Source: an uncultured Planctomycetaceae bacterium (GTDB lineage: Bacteria; Planctomycetota; Planctomycetia; Planctomycetales; Planctomycetaceae). From it: a stretch of 64,000 bases of DNA. The stretch lies in NCBI GenBank assembly GCA_963815195.1, contig CAWFGE010000021.1, forward strand, positions 160,001 to 224,000. The letters are read 5' to 3'. The notes below the pieces were generated by a model. That model saw only the letters and a program-made list of their open reading frames with translations. It was not told the DNA's origin and searched no databases. Each line of letters begins with the position of its first letter. Position 1 is the stretch's first letter. Shown here in pieces: positions 22,424 to 33,338 of this stretch. The translations under genes were made by a program, and so were the position numbers.

Positions 22424-24148
22424 ATGAACAACCTTTTGGCACATCTGGGTTTAATAGCCTTTCTGTTGGGGAGTTGGGGAATGGGGGAATCGCTGACGGC
22501 GGGCGAATACGATCGGCCCGCGGGCTGGCCGCAGCAAAGCCGATCGGCCGTGCTCGCCAAAAACGGGATGGTCGCCACGAGCCATCCGCTGGCGGCCCAG
22601 GTCGGTTTGAACATTTTGCAATCCGGAGGCAACGCCGCGGATGCCGCGATCGCCGTGGATGCGATGCTCGGACTGGTCGAGCCGATGAGCTGTGGCATCG
22701 GCGGGGACCTGTTCGTCATTTATTGGGACGCGAAAACCCAAAAGCTCTACGGCCTCAACGCCAGCGGCCGCAGCCCGTACAAACTCACGCGGGAGGTGTT
22801 TCGCGAAAAACAGCTTTCGCAAATCCCGGACGAGGGGCCGTTGTCCTGGTCGGTGCCGGGTTGCGTGGACGGTTGGGCGGAACTCCAAAACCGCTTCGGC
22901 GATACCGATCTCAAAACCGTCTTGGCCCCGGCGATTGAATATGGCAAACAAGGCGTCCCCGTGCCGGAGGTGATCGCGTCCTATTGGAAAGGCGGCGAGA
23001 AGGCCTTCAAGAAATGGCCGGACTCGGCGGCGACCTATCTGCCCGGCGGCCACGCTCCGGCGTTCGGCGAGGTCTTCAAGAATCCCCGGTTGGCGGCGAG
23101 CTATCAAGCCATCGCCGACGGCGGCCGCGATGCGTTTTACAAAGGAGCCATCGCCGAGAAGATCGTGAACTTCAGCCACGCCCGCGGCGGGTATTTTGAA
23201 CTCAAAGATTTCCACGACCACACCTCCACCTGGGTCGAGCCGGTGAGCACGAACTACCGCGGCTACGACGTCTGGGAGCTGCCGCCCAACGGCCAGGGGA
23301 TCGCGGCGCTCGAGATGCTCAACATTCTGGAAGGTTACGACCTCAAAAAAATGGGCCGGTTGAGCGCGGACTATCTGCATCTGTTCGTGGAAGCCAAGAA
23401 GCTCGCGTTTGCGGACCGGGCGAAGTTTTACGCGGACCCCGATTTCGACAAGCTGCCGATCACGGAGTTGATCTCCAAAAAATACGCCGACCGGCAAAGG
23501 CAGCGGATCGACATGCAGAAAGCCGCCGTGGATGTGCCCGCCGGCGATCCGCAACTCGCCCAGGGCGACACGGTGTATCTGACGGTCGTCGATAAAGACC
23601 GCAATTGCTGCTCGTTCATCCAGAGCAATTATTTCGGGTTCGGCTCGAAAGTCGTGCCGGGCGATGTGGGGTTTGTTCTGCAAAACCGCGGAGCATTGTT
23701 CGCCTTGGACGACACGCACCATAACCGCCTGGAGCCTCACAAGCGGCCGTTTCATACGATCATCCCCGCGATGGTCACCAAAGACGGCAAGCCTTGGTTT
23801 TGCTTCGGCGTGATGGGCGGCGACATGCAGCCGCAGGGCCACGTGCAAGTTTTGGTGAACCTGATTGATTTTGGATTGAACGTCCAACAGGCGGGAGACG
23901 CGGCCCGCGTTCGGCACATCGGTTCGCAGACGCCCACGGGATTGCCGATGGCCAAAAAGGGCGGCTCGGTCGCGGTGGAGTCGAGCATTCCGCGGCCCGT
24001 GCTCAGGGACCTCCGCAACCGCGGGCATCAAATCGTCAAAGCCCCCGGCGGGTTCGGCGGCTATCAGAGCATTCTGATCGACTGGACCAACGGCAGCCTG
24101 CAAGGCGCCACCGAACCCCGCAAAGACGGCGCGGTGCTTGGCTATTGA
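22424..24148 (+). CDS. ggt: Gamma-glutamyltransferase
   Basis: GMVATSHPLAAQVG, GGNAADAAIA, GIGGDLF, SVPGCVDGW, GDTVYL, KRPFHTIIP, GVMGGDMQPQGH, EPRKDG. Confidence 0.93.
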   Translation: MNNLLAHLGLIAFLLGSWGMGESLTAGEYDRPAGWPQQSRSAVLAKNGMVATSHPLAAQVGLNILQSGGNAADAAIAVDAMLGLVEPMSCGIGGDLFVIYWDAKTQKLYGLNASGRSPYKLTREVFREKQLSQIPDEGPLSWSVPGCVDGWAELQNRFGDTDLKTVLAPAIEYGKQGVPVPEVIASYWKGGEKAFKKWPDSAATYLPGGHAPAFGEVFKNPRLAASYQAIADGGRDAFYKGAIAEKIVNFSHARGGYFELKDFHDHTSTWVEPVSTNYRGYDVWELPPNGQGIAALEMLNILEGYDLKKMGRLSADYLHLFVEAKKLAFADRAKFYADPDFDKLPITELISKKYADRQRQRIDMQKAAVDVPAGDPQLAQGDTVYLTVVDKDRNCCSFIQSNYFGFGSKVVPGDVGFVLQNRGALFALDDTHHNRLEPHKRPFHTIIPAMVTKDGKPWFCFGVMGGDMQPQGHVQVLVNLIDFGLNVQQAGDAARVRHIGSQTPTGLPMAKKGGSVAVESSIPRPVLRDLRNRGHQIVKAPGGFGGYQSILIDWTNGSLQGATEPRKDGAVLGY

Positions 24149-24159
24149 TTCAAGAAAAT

Positions 24160-24429
24160 AACCAATGACCAAGCCCCAATGACCAAAGGGGAACATGAAA
24201 CGTTAGGCTGTGTCCCGTGAATTCCACTGGCCCGAAGCGCGAGCGAGGGAAGCTAAGGAAACGGGGTCCAAAACACTCGAAAGCCCCGAAGCGGCGGCAG
24301 CACATTTTGCTCCGTCGCTTGCTGTCGCCCCTTCGCGGCTTCATATGTCTTCTCGAATAATCCTGCGGGCTGATGCCCGCAGCTATATGCTGTCGCCGCT
24401 TCGCGGCTAAAATGCGCAACTTCAAAACT
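24160..24429. repeat. Composite REP-like cluster
   Basis: CCAATGA heptamers; GCCCGAAGCGCGAGCGAGGG; AGCCCCGAAGCGGCGGCAGC with two inverted GCTGTCGCC(C/G)CTTCGCGGCT copies; GCGCAACTTCAAAAC tail also at ~38240-38255. Confidence 0.7.
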
Positions 24430-24475
24430 GGCACTTCGGGCTGTTTATCGATTGATGTGTTAGAGATTCATTCCA

Positions 24476-25372
24476 ATGCCGATTTCCGTTCATTGTCCCT
24501 GCGGGGCGCAGTTCCGCGTTCGCGATGAGTACGCGGGCAAGAAAGCCCAATGCCCGACCTGCGGCGAGCCGGTCGTCATTCCCACGGCCGACCAATCGCC
24601 CGCCTACATGGCCGCTCCCGGCGCCGCCATGCACGAACCCGGCGGCGAATTCGCGCAGTTTCCGGCTCCGAGTTCCGCTGCGGCCGCTGGTCGTCGCGGA
24701 GCGGGATCCAAGTGGCTTGCCGGTCTGGATTCGGGATTGTTCGGATTGGGCCGGCTCAGCGGGCTGGCGTGTTTGCTGATCGGGTTGATCTTCGTGCTGA
24801 TGGCCCGCGGATGCGATTCGCTCGCCAGCCGCTCCGCCGCGTCTTATACCGCCGAGTACGAATTGGCCCAGAACGAGTTCTCGCAGGAGTGGGAAGACAA
24901 GCGCGTCGATCTGCAAAACCGCATCGACAATCTCCAGGAGAACATCGACGACCTCAACCAAAAAATGTTGGAGGCCGAGACGCCCAGCGCCCGCGACGGG
25001 TTTCGGCAAGACATCGACGACTACCGCAAACAGATGGCCGACGAGCGCGAAAAACTCGACGAGTTGGCGAAAGATGAGCAAAAATCCCGCCGGGAAAAAG
25101 AACGCGGCGAATGGCGGAGCCTCCGCACCAACGCCCAGAACGCCGCGGCCAACAACACCAGGGGCCGGTACTGGCGGGAACTCTTGTTCGTATTCGGCAC
25201 GGTCGTGCTCAGCATCGGACTGTTGACGGTCGGTTTCACCGGCGAAAAGCACGAACGCCTGATCTGTCTGATTATGATCACCATCATCACCTTCAGCATC
25301 TACATCGGCGGCATGGCCTGGGTGCCCTCGGCGATCCCTTCGCCCCCATCGGCCGCCCGCGGATTGCGCTAA
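24476..25372 (+). CDS. Hypothetical membrane protein with zinc ribbon and coiled coil
   Basis: CPCG...CPTCG, TM, heptad-rich segment, two C-terminal TMs. Confidence 0.75.
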   Translation: MPISVHCPCGAQFRVRDEYAGKKAQCPTCGEPVVIPTADQSPAYMAAPGAAMHEPGGEFAQFPAPSSAAAAGRRGAGSKWLAGLDSGLFGLGRLSGLACLLIGLIFVLMARGCDSLASRSAASYTAEYELAQNEFSQEWEDKRVDLQNRIDNLQENIDDLNQKMLEAETPSARDGFRQDIDDYRKQMADEREKLDELAKDEQKSRREKERGEWRSLRTNAQNAAANNTRGRYWRELLFVFGTVVLSIGLLTVGFTGEKHERLICLIMITIITFSIYIGGMAWVPSAIPSPPSAARGLR

Positions 25373-25545
25373 TCCCTCCCGCCGATGGGCTGATTGGCTC
25401 GACACGGGCGTTCGAGTTTGAGACAGTCCGTGGAACAATCCCAAGCCGACGCCGCCGACGCCTTGGCGTCGGTTCCGACCGCAAACGGTCGGGTTGGGTG
25501 ACGTTGTATCGACGACTCAACGAAAACCACTGACGGGAGACGCTT

Positions 25546-26267
25546 GTGGATTACACCTACGAAGACGTGGCCAAGATGATCGACCACTCGCTCTTAAATC
25601 CCACCTTGACCACGGCGGAATTGGACGCGGGGATCGATTTGGCGCTCGCGTACAATGTCGCCAGCGTGTGCATCATGCCTTACGACTTGAAGACCTGTGC
25701 CGAGCGTCTGGCCGGCAGCAGCGTGCAGGCTTCGACGACCATCGGCTTTCCCCACGGCGGCCACACCACCGCCATCAAGCGGGCCGAAGCCGAGCGCCGG
25801 TCGCCGATGGCTGCCAAGAGCTGGATATGGTCGTCAACATCTCCCAGGTGCTCAGCGGCGATTGGGATTACGTCCGGCAGGACATCGCGGCCGTCATCGA
25901 AGTCGCCCACGCCGCGGGCCAAAAGGTCAAGGTGATTTTTGAGAACTGCTATCTGAACGACGACCAGAAAATTCGCCTGTGCCGGATTTGCGGGGAGCTA
26001 AACGCCGACTGGGTCAAAACCTCCACAGGCTATGGCACCGGCGGAGCGACGACCGAAGACCTCAAACTCATGCGGGCCAACTCGCCCGAGCACGTCCAGG
26101 TCAAAGCGGCCGGCGGCGTCCGCGATTTGGACCGCCTGCTCGAAGTCCGCAGCCTCGGCGTCAGCCGCGTGGGAGCCAGCCGGACGAAAGACATTCTGGA
26201 CGAATGCCGTACCCGCTTGGGCTTAACCGCGATCGAAGTGAAGGATGCCAACGGCGGCGGGTATTGA
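25546..26267 (+). CDS. deoC: Deoxyribose-phosphate aldolase; apparent missing base near 25797
   Basis: IDHSLLNP, IGFPHG, ELDMVVNI, VKVIFENCYL, VKTSTGY, VKAAGGVRD, RVGAS across two frames. Confidence 0.9.
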
Positions 26268-26292
26268 TGCGGCAAACGAGTTCGCCGCAAAG

Positions 26293-26353
26293 AGAGCCGC
26301 GCACGCAGTAAGCGGTCGGGGGATTAAGAACCGCTTACTGCGTGCGCGGCTCT
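26293..26353. repeat. REP-like perfect 24-bp inverted repeat
   Basis: AGAGCCGCGCACGCAGTAAGCGGT / ACCGCTTACTGCGTGCGCGGCTCT with 13-nt loop, just after deoC. Confidence 0.8.
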
Positions 26354-26541
26354 TTGTCGTGCTGCGGCTACGAGTCGATGGGCCGCTACAATCCGCATAG
26401 TTTGTTGATCGGATCGTTGTCATCCGAATCCTCAGCGCGAATGGGCTTCGCGTGGCTTTTTAGCAACGTGCATCGCTGGAATTCGTGTCTCCCATGCTAC
26501 GCTTGAGGCGAAGTTTCGCTATTTGCGTGGAGGGAGAAACG

Positions 26542-27999
26542 ATGATTGGTTTCCACCGGTTTTGCCGATTCCAAAGTTTTTCCGTGACGGTGCGGATGAT
26601 GATCGCGGCTGCGGTTTTGTCGGCCGCGGGCTGTATGCAGATTCCCCGCGCGCCGTTGATGCCGCCGCATTGGTCCGGGTCGGGATATGCTCCGTACGCG
26701 AGTCCGCTGCCCGGTTCCACGGTGCCTGTGCCGGAAGATGTTCCCGCGCCCGTGAAGGATGAGCCTCCCGAGCCGACGTTCGGGGAAGATTACTCGGCTC
26801 CGATGCCGGTGCAATCCAACCGTTCCGCCCCCGTCGATGTGCTCCCGGCTTCGCCCAATTCCGCGAACAATTCCGCGAATCCGAACGTGCAACCGCCGCG
26901 GTTGGAGGCGCCGACCATCGTGCCGGAAGACATCACCGTGCCGCTGATGCTCGATCTCAAAGTCGCGGCTCCCGAAACGAATCTCGTGGGCGAGGTCAGC
27001 GTGTTCGAGATCACACTCCAAAACCCGAGCGACCACGATGCCCAGGATGTGGTCGTCGAATCGCGGTTTGAGGAAGGCCTGATCTTCCCCGGCAGCACCG
27101 ACCAGCAGGTGAATCAAACCATCGGCACGTTGGCGGCCGGCGAAACCCGGCAGGCGAAGTTGTCCCTCAAAAGCCTCCGCGCGGGTTATCACTGCGTCGA
27201 GTTTCGGCTGCTCGCGAAAGGGGCCGAGCCCGTGTCGAAGAAGGTCTGCGTGAAGTATCAGGACTCGGCGGTTTCGCTCCAAGTCGAAGGGCCGGCCAAA
27301 CGCATGGTCGGCGGGAACGCCGAGTGGAACCTGACGGTCCTCTCGCGGGAATACCTGCCGGTGTCCGACGCGGTGGTCACGCTGGATTACGATTCCACGT
27401 ACCTCAAACCGGTGGGCGGCTCGGAGGGAGCCAAACAAGAATTGGGCAAAATCACCTGGCCTTTGGGAACGCTGCAATCGTCCGAACGCGTGGAACTGCA
27501 AGTCGAGTTCGAGTGCCTGATGCCGGTGGACTCGACGTGCCTGTCCCTCAAAGTCACCGCCGACGGCGATCACGAACAGACCGCCCAATCTTGTCTGGCC
27601 ATCGACCGCCGGGTCGGAGCTTTGGAGATCGATTTGGCCGATTCGCCCGACCCCGTGAAAGCGGGCGGGGACATCGAATACGTCGTCACCATCGCCAACC
27701 GCGGCCTGGAGTCGGTGCACGATCTCCAAGTGACGGCGTCGCTGCCGGAACTGCTCCGTGCCGGCACCACCCTCGTCCGCGAAGCCCGCCGGCCGCTGTC
27801 CGGCATCCGTGCCCGCGTGGACGATTCGCTGGTGCGGTTCGACTCGGTCGATGTCTTGGCCCCCGATGCCCAATTGACCTTCACCATTAAAGCCAAAGCT
27901 CTGCACCCGGGCACCGGGCGATTGCTGCTCAGCGTGTCGTCCGACGACCGAAGCGCCGGCAAGCTTCGCCTCGAAGAAGTGACCACCGTTGTTCAATAA
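26542..27999 (+). CDS. DUF11 domain lipoprotein
   Basis: Lipobox AAGC, Pro-rich linker, modules such as DSPDPVKAGGDIEYVVTIANRG; GGAGGG RBS. Confidence 0.78.
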   Translation: MIGFHRFCRFQSFSVTVRMMIAAAVLSAAGCMQIPRAPLMPPHWSGSGYAPYASPLPGSTVPVPEDVPAPVKDEPPEPTFGEDYSAPMPVQSNRSAPVDVLPASPNSANNSANPNVQPPRLEAPTIVPEDITVPLMLDLKVAAPETNLVGEVSVFEITLQNPSDHDAQDVVVESRFEEGLIFPGSTDQQVNQTIGTLAAGETRQAKLSLKSLRAGYHCVEFRLLAKGAEPVSKKVCVKYQDSAVSLQVEGPAKRMVGGNAEWNLTVLSREYLPVSDAVVTLDYDSTYLKPVGGSEGAKQELGKITWPLGTLQSSERVELQVEFECLMPVDSTCLSLKVTADGDHEQTAQSCLAIDRRVGALEIDLADSPDPVKAGGDIEYVVTIANRGLESVHDLQVTASLPELLRAGTTLVREARRPLSGIRARVDDSLVRFDSVDVLAPDAQLTFTIKAKALHPGTGRLLLSVSSDDRSAGKLRLEEVTTVVQ

Positions 28000-28119
28000 A
28001 CTCAGCGACCGGCGAAGGCGAGCAATCCTTGCGTGCCGATGTTCGGCGTGCGAGAATACTTGCGTCTTTTGCAATTCGCCCTTGATGAGGCTCGGTCACC
28101 AGCGGAAAGGCAGACGCAT

Positions 28120-29085
28120 ATGATGACAGACTCGATGATCCGCAGGGATTTTCTAAAAACTAGCACAGCGGGGTTGGCGGCGATGGCGATGGGCGTGTCC
28201 ACCAGCAATCAGTTATTGGCTCAAGAAGACAATGACCTCACCAAGGGTTGGATCGATGCCCATTCGCATATCTGGACGCGGGACATAGAGCATTACCCGC
28301 TTCGGGAAGGCAAGACGCTCAAGGATCTCGACCCGCCGAGCTTTACAACGGAAGAGTTGATCGAGGTGTCATCGAAAGAGGGCGTGTCGCGCGTGGTGTT
28401 GATTGCCCATAACATTTACTACCGTTACGACAACTCCTATATGATCGATGCGGCCAAGCAGCACCCCGGCAAGTTTCGCATCGTGGGCATGGTCGATGAG
28501 AGCAAGCCGCATCCGGATGTGGAAATGCGAAATCTTTTGAAGCAAGGGGTGACGGGCTTTCGCATCACGCCGCGGGTGCGCGGCCGCGAGGTTTGGCTGA
28601 AAAGTCCCGGCATGGAGGTGATGTGGAAGACGGCCGCCGCGACGCGTCAGTCCATGTGCTGCCTGATCGATCCCGCAGATTTGCCCGATGTCGAAGCAAT
28701 GTGCCGCAAGTATCCCGAAACGCCTGTGGTCATCGATCACTTTGCCCGCGTCGGAGCCGACGGGACGATCCGCGAAAAAGACGTCAAACAGCTTTGCGAT
28801 TTGCACCGGCATCAACAAGTCCGAGTCAAGGTCTCGGCATTCTATGCCCTCGGAAAAAAACAGCCGCCTTACTTGGATCTCCTCCCGGTGATTACGCGGT
28901 TGCTCGACGCTTATGGCCCGGAGCGGCTGATGTGGGCCAGCGATTCGCCCTATCAACTTGCGGGCGAGAATACCTATAAAGCCTCGATTGAACTCATCCG
29001 CGACCGCGCGGATTTCTTGTCGGATTCGGATCGCCAGTGGCTGTTGCGCAAAACGGCGGAGAAAACGTATTTCTTTAAGATCTAG
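28120..29085 (+). CDS. Amidohydrolase_2 family protein with Tat signal
   Basis: RRDFLK; IDAHSHIW, VVIDHFA, VKVSA, RLMWASDSP. Confidence 0.88.
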   Translation: MMTDSMIRRDFLKTSTAGLAAMAMGVSTSNQLLAQEDNDLTKGWIDAHSHIWTRDIEHYPLREGKTLKDLDPPSFTTEELIEVSSKEGVSRVVLIAHNIYYRYDNSYMIDAAKQHPGKFRIVGMVDESKPHPDVEMRNLLKQGVTGFRITPRVRGREVWLKSPGMEVMWKTAAATRQSMCCLIDPADLPDVEAMCRKYPETPVVIDHFARVGADGTIREKDVKQLCDLHRHQQVRVKVSAFYALGKKQPPYLDLLPVITRLLDAYGPERLMWASDSPYQLAGENTYKASIELIRDRADFLSDSDRQWLLRKTAEKTYFFKI

Positions 29086-30563
29086 TTTTCTTCGAGCTTC
29101 CGCAGGACTTGAGGATGAGGATTCGTCACATGGCCGGGCGGCCGTTGATTGCGGCCGGTCCGATTCGTGTCGCCGAGATCCCGCCGGGCCTCCTCTGCCA
29201 GGTCGAGTAGTTCCTTGACGATCCGCGGATGCTTCGCGGCCATGTTTTTCGTTGAGCCTCTGTCTTCCACCACGTTATAGAGAAGCGGTTCGCTGCTTTG
29301 GCCCTTGCGAAAGTGCGGGTGCCGTTGAAAGGTCTTTAGCGGCACGAACAGTTTCCAGGGACCTCGGCGGACCGCCTGGAGTTGGTCGGTCTGGTAATAG
29401 TAGAACGCCTTATAGGGAGTTGTCGCTCCCTCTTCGCCGAATAAGAGCGGGCGGATGTCGTGTCCATCGATAATGCGGTCCCGGGGTTCCATGGTCCCGG
29501 CGAGCCGGGCGAACGTGGGGAGCATGTCCATGGTCGTGGCGAGCTCATGACAATCCGTGCCCGCGGAGATGCGGCCCGGCCACCAGGCGATCATCGGCAC
29601 GCGAAAGGCCCCTTCCGCCGTGGTGTAACCCCGGCCAAACAGCGGCTGATTGCTGCCTCGCCGGGGACTGTTCACATCCTGGGCGAGCGGCGCGCCGTTG
29701 TCGGAAGTCCAGATCACGAGGGTTTTCCGGTCGAGTTTCAGCTCGGCGAGCTTGTCGAGGATCCGCCCGGCGGACCAGTCGAGCTCTTCCACCGCATCGC
29801 CCCAGGGACCGTTTTGGCTTTTGCCCCGAAAGGCGGGGCTGGAAAACGGGGCGGTTGTGCTGCCGGGCATGGCTTGCGGCAGATAGAGAAAAAACGGTCG
29901 CGCGCGGTTTCGCTCGATAAACTGAATCGCCTGCTCGGTGTAGCGCTCGGTTAACAGGTTTCGATCCACGGGAGCTTCGACGACGGTTTCGTTTTGCATC
30001 AAGGGCAGCGGCGGCCATTTCGAGCCATCCAAACGGCTGCCTAAACGTTCTCCAGTTTGCTGCGTCATATCATCGCTATAGGGAATCCCAAAGAACGCAT
30101 CGAAACCTTGCCGGGTCGGCAAGAACTCCGGCTGATCGCCCAGGTGCCATTTCCCGATAATGGCCGTTTGATAGCCGGCCGATTTCAAGACGTCGGCGAT
30201 CGTGATTTCTTCGGGGTTTAATCCATAGGGCGAAATGGGACGGAGCACCTGCCCGTCGCGGGGGTTCTGATGCATGCCCACGCGTTGGGCATAGCAGCCC
30301 GTCATCAGGCTGGCCCGGGAGGGCGTGCACACTCCGGAGGTCGCATAGAAGTGCGTAAACTTTCTCCCCTCGCGGGCCATGCGATTGAGCCGAGGCGTGC
30401 GGTTCACCTGCGACCCAAAAGGTTCAATGTCTCCGTAGCCCAGATTGTCGCAGAAGATGAGAACGAAGTTCGGCTTTGCCGGCGGAGAATCGGCGAACAG
30501 CGGAGAAATTCCAGCCGCGTAGAAGGCAACGAGCAGCAATCCGAGCCGTGGAATGTGTTTCAT
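29082..30563 (-). CDS. Secreted Cys-type sulfatase
   Basis: PNFVLIFCDNLGYGD, CTPSRASLMTG, GKWHLG, TSDNG; signal peptide. Confidence 0.92.
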   Translation of the reverse strand: MKHIPRLGLLLVAFYAAGISPLFADSPPAKPNFVLIFCDNLGYGDIEPFGSQVNRTPRLNRMAREGRKFTHFYATSGVCTPSRASLMTGCYAQRVGMHQNPRDGQVLRPISPYGLNPEEITIADVLKSAGYQTAIIGKWHLGDQPEFLPTRQGFDAFFGIPYSDDMTQQTGERLGSRLDGSKWPPLPLMQNETVVEAPVDRNLLTERYTEQAIQFIERNRARPFFLYLPQAMPGSTTAPFSSPAFRGKSQNGPWGDAVEELDWSAGRILDKLAELKLDRKTLVIWTSDNGAPLAQDVNSPRRGSNQPLFGRGYTTAEGAFRVPMIAWWPGRISAGTDCHELATTMDMLPTFARLAGTMEPRDRIIDGHDIRPLLFGEEGATTPYKAFYYYQTDQLQAVRRGPWKLFVPLKTFQRHPHFRKGQSSEPLLYNVVEDRGSTKNMAAKHPRIVKELLDLAEEARRDLGDTNRTGRNQRPPGHVTNPHPQVLRKLEEN

Positions 30564-30827
30564 AAAAACGCCCAAAACTTGAGTCGAAGAACCGTCTATC
30601 GAAGTCTTAACATGTCTGCGGTAAGATTGCCATTCTTTTGGAATTTGAGGGAAACGGGCGACAGAGGTGTGGTTGTCGAAATCTGGAACCGAACAGTGCA
30701 TATGAATCGATGGCTGGTGTTGTTACAAGGTCGTTACGCACCGCCGGAAAGTTTTATGGAACAATGCGTCGTGTTGCCGCGTCTCAGATGGTGTGCAAAC
30801 TGACTGGCATTTTGTTCTGGAGGAAGT

Positions 30828-33338
30828 GTGATGTTGAACAACGGAAAAAACCAGGGATGTGGTTTGGGCACTCTTGGCCTGCTCATCGCAGTATTGGCGG
30901 TGGCGCAGGATCACGGCCTTGAAGCGGGGGTGATTTTTATTCCCGGAAAGCTGGTGGACGGTCAATTTGTTCCGCCAAAAGCGAACGAACCGGTTCCCCA
31001 TCGAGACGCCAATCCTCAATCCTCCGAATTTGGTTACACGATTCGCTACAGCCGCGTGACCGCCGACGTGACCGAAGGCAAGACCACCATCCAGGCGGCG
31101 GAAACGGTCTCGGGTCCGAAATCCGAAACCGAAACCGTGTGCGTGGTTCCGTTGCCGGTCGGCACAAGGGCTTCGGATGCGAGCCTGTTCGCCGGGAAGG
31201 ATGCGAACACGCTCGCTCCGGTCGCGGGGGCCAAATACCTCAGTGCGGACAAAGCTCAGGCGTTCTACGAACATCTCGTCAAACACACGAACCAAGTGGG
31301 GTTCGCGGCGTTTTCGGGTCAGCCGGCTTTGTGGGTTCCCAGCTTTCCTCTGCAAGGACGGATGGAGTTTGTGCTGGAACTTTCCGGGTCAGTCGGTGAA
31401 TACCAAGGGGTGAAGAACTTGAGGATTCCGCTGCCCTTTACATCCTGGAGCAACGGGACCGTGGATCGGCTTTCGGTTTCCGCAACAATCCGCGCTCAAC
31501 AACCCGTGCGGGCCGTTTTCAGCCCCACGCACCAAACCAACATCCAACGCGGAAGTCTGACCAGCGCGGTTGTCGAGGTCCACAAGGAACACGCGGCCTG
31601 TCACGAGGATTTTCGGCTGTGTTGGGTGGAAGATGAGGACGATCTCGGTTTGCGGATGCTGACCTACCGCGTTGAAGGCGAAGACGAGGGCTACTTCTTG
31701 CTGTTGGGCAATCCCACCGGACGGGCCGACGGTACGGATGTTGTGGAAAAAGATGTGACCTTCGTGCTGGACACCAGCGGTTCCATGCGAGGCGAAAAAA
31801 TCGAGCAATGCCGGGCCGCGATCGAGTACTGTCTGAACCACCTCAATCCCCAGGACCGGTTTAACATCGTGACGTTTGGCACAAAGGTGACGTCGTTCCG
31901 GGAAACGCTGGTGCCCCACTCCGCGGAAACGGTGGCCGCCGCCCAGGATTTTGTGGAAGAGATCGTGGCCCACGGTCGCACGAACATCAACGAGGCCCTC
32001 GTGCAATCTCTCAAAGGGGAACCGCAAACGGGGCGGCCGCGGATTACGATTTTTCTCACCGATGGAACCCCCACCGAGGGCGAACTGTTGCCGGAAAGAA
32101 TTCTGAAAGCCGCAACGGAAGCCAACACCTCGCAGTCGCGGATTTTCGTGATGGGCGTGGGGCATGATGTGAATGTGCATCTCTTGGAGAAACTGGCCGA
32201 AGCCACCGAAGGCGACAGCGAGTTCGTGGATCTCGAAGAAGAAATCGACGGAAAAATCGCGAGCTTGTACGACCGGCTGGCATATCCGGTGCTACAAAAC
32301 GCCAAGCTCGATTTCGGCAAGCTCTCCGCGGATTCGCTCTTTCCGCGAAAAGTCCCGGCCCTGTTTCGCAATAACCCCGTGATGCTGTTTGGCCGTTACC
32401 GCGAGGGAGGCAAGTATCGCGTTAAAATCCAAGGCACGCTGGCGGGAACGCCCCGCGAGTTTGTCTGCCAGGTCGATGCAGACACGGCTCCCCAAGGGCT
32501 CGCCAACGAGTTCATCGCCCCGCTTTGGGCCACGCGGAAGGTCGGGTTTCTGCTTCAGGAAATCCGCCTGCACGGGAGCGATCCGGAATTGCTCAAAGAA
32601 ATTGTGCGGCTCAGCCAGAAATATGGAATCATCACGGAATACACCGAGTTCGTGGCCCAATCCGGTTTTGGTGGAGGAGCGGTTGGCGGCGCTTTCGCCG
32701 CGATGGATGCTTTCCGCGAAGCCGACCGCCGCTTGGCAACGGCCCGCGATTTTAATTCCGGGCGATGGGCCTTCAATCAGGCGAAAAACGACAAAGCCTT
32801 GCAATCCCGCCTGGCCGTGAATGAAGAAACCAATTCCTTTATCGATCGCGCGGGCCGCACGGTGGCCTCTGAATCCATTCGCCAGGTGGGCGGCAAAGCC
32901 TATTACATGCGGCAAGGCCAGTGGGTCGATTCCACCGACAACGCCAACCTGAAAGAACACGTCGTCAAACTCTACAGCGACGAGTACTTCAAACTTCTGC
33001 GGACGAACAATGACTTTGCCCGCGCCCAACGGTTGGGCTGGGCCGTCTCCGTCAACGTGGGAGACGAGCGGATCGTCGTCGAAAAAGACGGCAAACGCGT
33101 CGATGAGGAACTGCTCAAGAAAAGCCAGCAGTTGCCGCAGATGCCTGCCCAGAATGGTCCGCAAAACGGTTTTCGCGGTTTGCAGAACTTCCAAAAAAAC
33201 CAATTTCAAGATGTGAATCAGCAACAATTCAACCAGTTGCCGGTGCAACACGAATTCAATCGCCGACAGCAGATTCCGGGTCGGCGAATCGACGGCAATG
33301 ACAAAGCCCCCGCACCCGAGCAACGGGAGGAGCGATGA
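30828..33338 (+). CDS. VIT/vWA domain protein
   Basis: MIDAS DTSGSM, FLTDGTPT, LWATRKVGFLL, YGIITEYT; signal peptide. Confidence 0.85.
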   Translation: MMLNNGKNQGCGLGTLGLLIAVLAVAQDHGLEAGVIFIPGKLVDGQFVPPKANEPVPHRDANPQSSEFGYTIRYSRVTADVTEGKTTIQAAETVSGPKSETETVCVVPLPVGTRASDASLFAGKDANTLAPVAGAKYLSADKAQAFYEHLVKHTNQVGFAAFSGQPALWVPSFPLQGRMEFVLELSGSVGEYQGVKNLRIPLPFTSWSNGTVDRLSVSATIRAQQPVRAVFSPTHQTNIQRGSLTSAVVEVHKEHAACHEDFRLCWVEDEDDLGLRMLTYRVEGEDEGYFLLLGNPTGRADGTDVVEKDVTFVLDTSGSMRGEKIEQCRAAIEYCLNHLNPQDRFNIVTFGTKVTSFRETLVPHSAETVAAAQDFVEEIVAHGRTNINEALVQSLKGEPQTGRPRITIFLTDGTPTEGELLPERILKAATEANTSQSRIFVMGVGHDVNVHLLEKLAEATEGDSEFVDLEEEIDGKIASLYDRLAYPVLQNAKLDFGKLSADSLFPRKVPALFRNNPVMLFGRYREGGKYRVKIQGTLAGTPREFVCQVDADTAPQGLANEFIAPLWATRKVGFLLQEIRLHGSDPELLKEIVRLSQKYGIITEYTEFVAQSGFGGGAVGGAFAAMDAFREADRRLATARDFNSGRWAFNQAKNDKALQSRLAVNEETNSFIDRAGRTVASESIRQVGGKAYYMRQGQWVDSTDNANLKEHVVKLYSDEYFKLLRTNNDFARAQRLGWAVSVNVGDERIVVEKDGKRVDEELLKKSQQLPQMPAQNGPQNGFRGLQNFQKNQFQDVNQQQFNQLPVQHEFNRRQQIPGRRIDGNDKAPAPEQREER

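Noticed and set aside
25546..26267. Programmed frameshifting or pseudogene status for deoC and other split genes
   Set aside because: No shared slippery motif and no further decay; a window-wide indel pattern fits sequencing error better.
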